A stretch of 63,966 nt of DNA, the filler included, from a bacterium (GTDB lineage: Bacteria > JALSQH01), in NCBI GenBank assembly GCA_026985515.1. It is 7 parts of 7 records of this genome, joined end to end, with 100 filler letters (N's around TTAATTAATTAA, not from the genome) between each part and the next. Parts side by side here need not be neighbours in the genome. Positions count along the whole stretch, not along the records: positions 57,765 to 61,076 come from JALSQH010000113.1; positions 61,177 to 63,966 come from JALSQH010000144.1; 5 more parts are not named here. The stretch is one strand, 5' to 3'. Below are positions 58,006 to 63,966 of this stretch, piece by piece. Every line of letters starts with the position of its first letter. The first letter of the stretch is position 1. The position numbers and the translations under genes were made by a program. Below the pieces are notes generated by a model that saw nothing but the letters and a program-made list of their open reading frames with translations, was not told where the DNA came from and did no database searches.

Positions 58006-58929
58006 ATGACAAAATCTGATAACAAACAAAATAGGTTTCCTCTTGTTTCGGTAGTTATACCTCTCTACAATCATGAAAAATTTATAATCGATGCTCTTGA
58101 AAGTGTGCTTGGGGAAGATTATCCAAATATGGAAATCGTGATTATTAACGATGGGTCAACTGATAGAAGCGATGAGGTTGTTAAAAGCTGGTTAAAGGAA
58201 AAAAAGATTAAAAAGAAGCACATTAAATATTTTTCCAGAGAAAATAGAGGATTGTCAGCCACTCTCAATGAATTGATTAACAGAGCGGAGGGGGAATATA
58301 TAGCGGTTTTGGCAAGTGATGATATGCTGGTAAAGGGTGGGATAAAAGCAAGAGTAGATTATCTTATGAGTAATCCTGACAAATTGGCTGTTTTTGGAGA
58401 TTGTGAAGTTATTGACATAAGTGGTCGCAAAATTTTTGAAAGCGGTTTGACAGAGTTGTATTCTGCAAATAAGAAAAGGCTGGCCAGTGACTCAGGGATA
58501 AAATATGAATTCATTTGTAACTGGTCTGTTCCGGGTCCTGTGCTGATGTTCAGAAAGAGCACAGTTGATATAGTTGGTGGTTATGACGAAACATTAAAAG
58601 TAGAAGACTGGGATTTTTATTTGAGACTGGCCGCAAGAGGTGCAATAGGATTTGTTGATCAGAAAGTGGCAAAGTATAGATTGCACGGAAATAATTTAAA
58701 AGATCAGATTCCTCATGTTTGGAAAGAATTTCTTAAAATACTTATAAAAAATTTTTCGGAGTTTTCTCTCCCGTACAGATTGCTCATTATTTGCAAGATC
58801 ATAGATATACTTAGATTCGGGTTGATTTTCGAAATTAAAAAACTACTCGGAATTGATTTCAGGCTAAAGGACTTATTAAGGGTTTCTCATGAAAATAGCC
58901 ATACTTGGAACGAGAGGAATTCCCAATAA
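58006..58929 (+). CDS. Glycosyltransferase family 2
   Basis: VSVVIPLYN, INDGSTD, ASDD, EDWDF. Confidence 0.9.
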   Translation: MTKSDNKQNRFPLVSVVIPLYNHEKFIIDALESVLGEDYPNMEIVIINDGSTDRSDEVVKSWLKEKKIKKKHIKYFSRENRGLSATLNELINRAEGEYIAVLASDDMLVKGGIKARVDYLMSNPDKLAVFGDCEVIDISGRKIFESGLTELYSANKKRLASDSGIKYEFICNWSVPGPVLMFRKSTVDIVGGYDETLKVEDWDFYLRLAARGAIGFVDQKVAKYRLHGNNLKDQIPHVWKEFLKILIKNFSEFSLPYRLLIICKIIDILRFGLIFEIKKLLGIDFRLKDLLRVSHENSHTWNERNSQ

Positions 58930-59992
58930 TTACGGTGGGTTTGAACAGAACGCCGAGAATTTGTCCAGAAAATGGGTTGAGATGGGTCATAAGGTTTCTG
59001 TATATGTTCCCATTGAGCATCCTTTCAAAGGGGATACATGGTATGGTGTGAAGTTAATAAGGATTTTTTCCAGGGAGGATAAACTGGGTATATGGGGGAC
59101 TTTTATTTATGACTTTCTCTGCCTTCTGGATGCAACAAGAAAAGATTACGATATTGTTCTGGAGCTTGGTTATTCCCCCAACAGTCTTTTCTATTTTCTT
59201 AAACCGCTTCTCAGTGGTAAGCTGATCACTTTTATGGATGGTCTTGAGTGGAAAAGAGCAAAGTGGAATGGGTTACTGAAGTTGGTGTTAAAGGTTTCTG
59301 AGCTCCTTGCTGTGAAATTTAGTGATCTGGTTGTTGCAGATAATGAAGGGATAAAAAAATATTACGAGAAAAAATTTGGTATTTCGCCTCCCACATTCCC
59401 CCATGGAGCAGATATCTTTTCTAATCCTGATCGACAATATCTCAGGAGTTACAATCTAAGGAAGTTCTCGTATTATATGCTGGTCGCAAGATTTGAACCG
59501 GAAAATAATCTTGATATGATCCTGGAAGGTTATTTAAAGTCTGGTAGTAAAAACCCTTTTATTGTGGTTGGTAACCCAGGGACAAGGCATGGAAAATATC
59601 TTTTAAAGAAATATGGAAAAGTGGAAAATATAAGGTTCGTTGGAGCTATTTATGACCAGAATAAGCTCAGTTCTCTCAGATGGTTTTCTAAAATTTACTT
59701 TCATGGTCATTCCGTTGGAGGTACGAATCCTTCTCTTCTTGAAGCTATGGCGTCTGGGGCTTTTATTGCTGCTCACGATAACCCCTTTAACCGAAATGTC
59801 GTGGGTGAGGATGCAGTTTATTTTAAGAATAGTGACGATGTTGCAGAAATTATAAAAAATGAAGATAATTTACTGAAAAAAAAGGAGCAATTTATTGAGA
59901 ATAACAGAAGGAAAATCAGGGAAATATATAACTGGGATAAGATCGCCAGGAGATATATTGAATTATTTGAGGAATTGCTGAAAAATAAATAA
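58889..59992 (+). CDS. Glycosyltransferase, GT-B/GT4 type (DUF1972-like)
   Basis: GTRGIPNNYGGFE, DGLEWKRAKW, HGHSVGGTNPSLLEAM. Confidence 0.88.
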   Translation: MKIAILGTRGIPNNYGGFEQNAENLSRKWVEMGHKVSVYVPIEHPFKGDTWYGVKLIRIFSREDKLGIWGTFIYDFLCLLDATRKDYDIVLELGYSPNSLFYFLKPLLSGKLITFMDGLEWKRAKWNGLLKLVLKVSELLAVKFSDLVVADNEGIKKYYEKKFGISPPTFPHGADIFSNPDRQYLRSYNLRKFSYYMLVARFEPENNLDMILEGYLKSGSKNPFIVVGNPGTRHGKYLLKKYGKVENIRFVGAIYDQNKLSSLRWFSKIYFHGHSVGGTNPSLLEAMASGAFIAAHDNPFNRNVVGEDAVYFKNSDDVAEIIKNEDNLLKKKEQFIENNRRKIREIYNWDKIARRYIELFEELLKNK

Positions 59993-60007
59993 AAAGAGGA
60001 GGTTTCC

Positions 60008-60580
60008 ATGCCATTTGAGTTTATAAGGCTTGATATACCAGATGTTGTTCTGATTATACCCCAATATTTTCCTGACGATAGAGGTTTTTTCATGGAAACA
60101 TGTAAGAAAAGTGAATTTGAAAAGTTTGGGATTGCCGGTGAATGGGTCCAGGACAATCATTCAAGGTCAAAAAAGGGTGTTATAAGAGGATTACATTACC
60201 AGAAGGAACCCATGGCACAGGGAAAACTAGTAAGGGTTGCAAGAGGGATGGTATTTGATGTGGCAGTGGACATAAGAAAGGGTTCCCCAACTTTTGGAAA
60301 ATGGGTTGGTGTAATTCTCTCTGATGAAAATAAGTATATGCTTTGGATACCACCCGGATTTGCCCATGGAGTGGCGATTCTTGAAGATGACACAGAACTT
60401 CTCTATAAAGTTTCTGGAGGAGAGTACAGCCCCGAACATGACAGGAACATTCGATGGAACGATCCTGATATTGGAATAATCTGGCCCATTAGAGAGCCCA
60501 TTCTTTCTGAAAAAGATAAAAATGCTCCCCTCCTCAAGGATGCAGATATAAACTTCACATATGAAAGGAGTGAAAAATGA
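60008..60580 (+). CDS. rfbC: dTDP-4-dehydrorhamnose 3,5-epimerase
   Basis: DDRGFF.E, QDNHSRS, RGLHYQ, GFAHG, WNDP. Confidence 0.95.
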   Translation: MPFEFIRLDIPDVVLIIPQYFPDDRGFFMETCKKSEFEKFGIAGEWVQDNHSRSKKGVIRGLHYQKEPMAQGKLVRVARGMVFDVAVDIRKGSPTFGKWVGVILSDENKYMLWIPPGFAHGVAILEDDTELLYKVSGGEYSPEHDRNIRWNDPDIGIIWPIREPILSEKDKNAPLLKDADINFTYERSEK

Positions 60581-61076
60581 AGGTTCTTGTGACAGGTGGT
60601 GGAGGTTACATTGGTACGGTTCTTGTACCATTATTGCTTGAAAATGGTTTTAAGGTGAAAGTGGTTGACAGATTTTTCTTCGGAAAAGGCAGATTACCCG
60701 AAGAAAATGAAGATCTTGAAATTGTGGAAGGTGATATAAGATGGATTGGAAAAGAAATTTTTAAAGATGTGGATGCAGTTATCGATTTAGCTGCCCTTTC
60801 CAACGACCCAGCAGGAGAACTTGATCCGATCAAAACATGGTCAATTAATCACCTTGGAAGATTCAGAATCGCTTCACTTGCGAAAAGTATGGGTGTTAAG
60901 AGATATATTCTTCCTTCTTCCTGCAGCGTCTATGGCTTTCAGGATGATATTGTTGATGAAACTTCTCCTTTAAATCCCCTGACTACTTATGCAAAGGCCA
61001 ATCTTCAGGCCGAGTATGATGTTCTTTCCCTTGCAGATAAAAATTTTACAGTAACCGTTATCAGGCAGGCTACGGT
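60577..61076 (+). CDS. NAD-dependent sugar epimerase/dehydratase (3' truncated)
   Basis: TGGGGYIG, LAALSNDP, SSCSVYG. Confidence 0.85.
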
Positions 61077-61176
61077 NNNNNNNNNNNNNNNNNNNNNNNN
61101 NNNNNNNNNNNNNNNNNNNNTTAATTAATTAANNNNNNNNNNNNNNNNNNNNNNNNNNNNNNNNNNNNNNNNNNNN
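61077..61176. other. Artificial contig-join spacer
   Basis: N44-TTAATTAATTAA-N44. Confidence 0.97.
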
Positions 61177-61177
61177 A

Positions 61178-61468
61178 ATGGGTAGTAAAAAAAGCATAAT
61201 AAGAAAATTCTTCGGAGGGGATATTCACCTCAATGAGGACCTTCTCAGAAAAATTGCATACATGACTGGCGGTAAATTCTATCTTGCCACCGACAAAGAC
61301 GCGCTGAAAAGAATTTATGCAGAGATAGACAAAATGGAAAAGGGAAAAGTAGAGGTTAAAATTTACCACTCCTACCGGGAACTTTTCCCCTTGCTGGGAT
61401 GGATAGCTTTTATTTTGTATATAACAGGCATATTCCTTGAAAATACTTTTATGCTGGTGGTGCCATGA
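61178..61468 (+). CDS. batA: BatA-like vWA protein, C-terminal fragment
   Basis: LRKIAYMTGGKFYLATD..AL..IY.EIDKMEK followed by a TM segment. Confidence 0.8.
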   Translation: MGSKKSIIRKFFGGDIHLNEDLLRKIAYMTGGKFYLATDKDALKRIYAEIDKMEKGKVEVKIYHSYRELFPLLGWIAFILYITGIFLENTFMLVVP

Positions 61469-62472
61469 GGATCCTGCATAGAGAACTCCTTTTACTCTCG
61501 CTTTTCTTGTTTCCTGTTCTTTATCTCTGGTGGAGAGGAATTAAGAAGAGGAAAGAGTTTTACGAGTTGTTTTCTCCCGAGCAGATAAAGAAGTTGAGAA
61601 AGGGTGGTGATGGAGGTAGAAAGTATCTGGCCTTTGTGTATATTTTCACAATCCCGCTTTTTGCCCTGATGCTTTCCAGGGTTCAGTATGGTTTGCAATC
61701 TGAAATACACAAATTTTCTGGGAGGGACATTGTTTTTGTGGTAGATCTTTCGAGAAGTATGGATACCAGAGATGTTTCTCCATCCCGGCTGGGTGCAGTA
61801 AAATTGCAACTTCAAATTTTGCTTGGAATGTTAAAGGGGGACCGGGTTGGTCTGGTGGTTTTTGCAGGTTCAGGTGCAGTTATTATGCCGCTTACGACTG
61901 ATTACGATCTTGCCAGGGAATTTATAACAAATTTATCTACCTCAATGATGAAGTATCAGGGAACAAACATAGCAGATGCTCTTGAGAAGGCCTGGAAACT
62001 TCTTGACGCAGATAAGAATGCAAAGGACAGGAGTAAAGTTATTCTTCTCTTTTCCGATGGTGAGGATACAACCGGGGGAGATCCGTTGAAGATTGCAAGG
62101 ATGCTTGCTTCGAGAGGTATCACTATTATTACTGTTGGAGTGGGTACCCCTACCGGGGAACCGGTTCCTATTTTTGATGAGAAGGGTAATCTGATTGGAT
62201 ATAAGAAAGATGAATCCGGTAAAATAGTTGTGAGTAAGTTAAACACCGCGACCCTGAGAAAGCTGGCTGAAGTAACAGGAGGAACTTTTATTCAATTTCA
62301 AAATGGTAATGTTGCAGGGAAAATTTTGAAAAGTATAAAACAGATAGAAAAAAGCACTATTGAAAGGAGAGTTTACTCTCATTACGAGGACAGGTTCTAC
62401 TGGTTTGGAGCTCCTCTATTTCTTTTTATGATGATAGAGGCATTCTTGAGGGTGAAGAGATATGAGAGGTAA
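61465..62472 (+). CDS. batB: BatB-like vWA domain protein
   Basis: MIDAS DLSRSM, PSRL, PLTTDY, SDGED, GVGTPTG. Confidence 0.85.
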   Translation: MRILHRELLLLSLFLFPVLYLWWRGIKKRKEFYELFSPEQIKKLRKGGDGGRKYLAFVYIFTIPLFALMLSRVQYGLQSEIHKFSGRDIVFVVDLSRSMDTRDVSPSRLGAVKLQLQILLGMLKGDRVGLVVFAGSGAVIMPLTTDYDLAREFITNLSTSMMKYQGTNIADALEKAWKLLDADKNAKDRSKVILLFSDGEDTTGGDPLKIARMLASRGITIITVGVGTPTGEPVPIFDEKGNLIGYKKDESGKIVVSKLNTATLRKLAEVTGGTFIQFQNGNVAGKILKSIKQIEKSTIERRVYSHYEDRFYWFGAPLFLFMMIEAFLRVKRYER

Positions 62473-63094
62473 ATTCCTTATAATTTTATGTGTCATTTTT
62501 TCAAGTTTAATTTTTTCCTCTTCATTCTTTTATCACGAACCTGATAAAATTGTAAAGGCCAGGGAACTTGTTCGAAGAGGAAAAATTGATGATGCTATTA
62601 AAATTTTTGAGAAGTTATCAGCGAAATATGCCAGAAGGGATGATTTTCAATTTGACTGGGCTCTTGCTTATCTTAAGAAAAAGGATTACAGTAGTGCCAT
62701 TGATCACTTTAAACTTGCCTTTACCAACAACAGAAGGATTCCGAAGGATGTGTTATACTACAATCTTGGGAAAACATTTGAACTTATGAAGAAGTATCAG
62801 GATGCTATTGAAATGTATAAGCTTGCCCTTCTGCAGAATCCCGGTAACAATGCAGCCAGGCACAATCTTGAGCTTCTTTTGAGAAAGATTAAGAGACGGG
62901 GCGGAGGAGGTGGAGCAACAAAGACTGGTGCCGCAAAGGTGAAAAAAAAGAAAGAAAAGACCGCTAAAAGTAAAAATAAGAAAAAGCAAAATAAGCAGTC
63001 TCAGGCTATAATTCAGAGCCTGGAGAATCAGCAGAAGAGATTACCTCCTGTGAATCAGCCGGTGCCGGAGGGAAGAATTGACAAGGACTGGTAA
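62462..63094 (+). CDS. batC: BatC-like TPR protein
   Basis: TPRs (YYNLG, ARHNLE), C-terminal KDW. Confidence 0.8.
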   Translation: MRGKFLIILCVIFSSLIFSSSFFYHEPDKIVKARELVRRGKIDDAIKIFEKLSAKYARRDDFQFDWALAYLKKKDYSSAIDHFKLAFTNNRRIPKDVLYYNLGKTFELMKKYQDAIEMYKLALLQNPGNNAARHNLELLLRKIKRRGGGGGATKTGAAKVKKKKEKTAKSKNKKKQNKQSQAIIQSLENQQKRLPPVNQPVPEGRIDKDW

Positions 63095-63966
63095 GTTCTT
63101 ATTATTCTTTTCGTTCCTGTTCTTTTGCTCTACATATCTCCATGCTGGTGAGATTTCTATAAGTGCCTCACTTGACAGGGAAGAAATTTACATTGATGAT
63201 ACTGTACAGTTAACCATAAAAATAAGCGGCTCTGTTGGGAGTATCCCTGACCCTGATATAAGCAGCTTGAGTAAAGATTTCCAGATAGTTGGCAGTTCCA
63301 CCAGTACAAGTATTTCTGTGATTAATGGTTCCTTTCAGGCAGAGAAGGATGTGATTCTCCAGTTAAAGCCTCTTCATTCTGGGGTAATAACCATTAAAGA
63401 TATTTTTGTTGAGCAGGGAGGAAAGAGGTACTATATCAATCCTCTGACTTTAAAAGTTATAACAACCTATCAGCTACCTGCCACATCTTCAACCGGGAGT
63501 AACTATGCGGCTTCATTTACAGGTTATAACATTCCGCAAAGTATAAGGTATTCTGGAATAGGGGTGCTGGCAGAGGTTAATAAGAGAAAAGTATATGTGG
63601 GTGAAGAGTTTCTCTACAGATTTATTTTTATCAACAGAATATCGATTATGGGTAACCCCTCATATTCTCCTCCTTCCTTTAAAGGAGTATGGAAGTACGA
63701 CTTGCTGAGAGAGCCCATTACCAGAAGGATCGTAATTGATGGTTATCCATACCAGATTCAGGAGTTAAGGACTGCCCTGATTCCTCTTTCACCGGGAAAG
63801 TTGGTTATTCCACCGGCAAAGTTGAGTGTACCGCTTGATTTTTTTACGGGGACCAAGATCTTCAGAACACGACCACTGGTGGTAAAAGTTTATCCCCTGC
63901 CTGAAACCGGGAAAACAGATTGCTTTACTGGAGCCGTTGGTGATGGTTACCGGGTTAAACTCAAAA
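63078..63966 (+). CDS. batD: BatD-like protein (3' truncated; missing from the ORF track)
   Basis: TTG 63078 after GGAGGG; MTRTGKFLLFF...ASLDREEIYIDDTVQLTIKI...STSISVING; open to the window end. Confidence 0.8.
   Translation, partial: MTRTGKFLLFFSFLFFCSTYLHAGEISISASLDREEIYIDDTVQLTIKISGSVGSIPDPDISSLSKDFQIVGSSTSTSISVINGSFQAEKDVILQLKPLHSGVITIKDIFVEQGGKRYYINPLTLKVITTYQLPATSSTGSNYAASFTGYNIPQSIRYSGIGVLAEVNKRKVYVGEEFLYRFIFINRISIMGNPSYSPPSFKGVWKYDLLREPITRRIVIDGYPYQIQELRTALIPLSPGKLVIPPAKLSVPLDFFTGTKIFRTRPLVVKVYPLPETGKTDCFTGAVGDGYRVKLK

Noticed and set aside
13783-61176. Six regularly built N-TTAATTAATTAA-N blocks as a biological repeat, and ORFs ending ...XXXLIN
   Set aside because: They are identical 100-nt artificial contig linkers with stops in all frames; genes on either side are truncated and unrelated.
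1-63966. CRISPR array, tRNA, rRNA, transposase or integrase
   Set aside because: I saw no spaced direct repeats, cloverleafs or recombinase motifs by eye; Infernal or tRNAscan would be needed to exclude them formally.
57765-63966. Polysaccharide genes and batABCD as novel systems
   Set aside because: Ordinary, well-known operon fragments.

Overview
The window joins seven contigs from a draft or metagenome assembly. The joins are artificial 100-nt spacers (N44-TTAATTAATTAA-N44) at 13783-13882, 27652-27751, 40951-41050, 54219-54318, 57665-57764 and 61077-61176, so gene order cannot be read across them. The organism is a diderm bacterium, probably an anaerobic thermophile and deltaproteobacterium-like (inferred from gene content and amino-acid composition). 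Most genes are housekeeping: cysE-glyQS-ppdK, ccs cytochrome c maturation, phoH-HDIG-ybeY-corC, glcDF, cdr, truD, mreCD-mrdA-rodA, uppS, dnaJ-htpX-clp-degP, polysaccharide genes and batABCD. I saw no CRISPR array, rRNA, tRNA or transposase. The most interesting signals are: (1) an unannotated structured repeat of about 90-150 bp on two contigs (~1791-1922 and ~33460-33608), with a covarying hairpin and imperfect terminal inverted repeats; (2) two orphan promoter-to-terminator units with sigma54-type architecture that look like small RNAs (~13284-13352 minus, ~46807-46868 plus); (3) a bacterial Tam41-type CDP-DAG synthase coupled to a TetR gene; (4) three periplasmic TatT/BstC-like TPR paralogues, plus a FadL/SDR lipid-uptake locus; (5) an MBS/Mbx-type complex I-like catalytic subunit next to a fused Fe-S/NADPH module; (6) many apparently leaderless genes; (7) a Clp ATPase with non-canonical pore loops. 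All family assignments come from motif recognition, not database searches.
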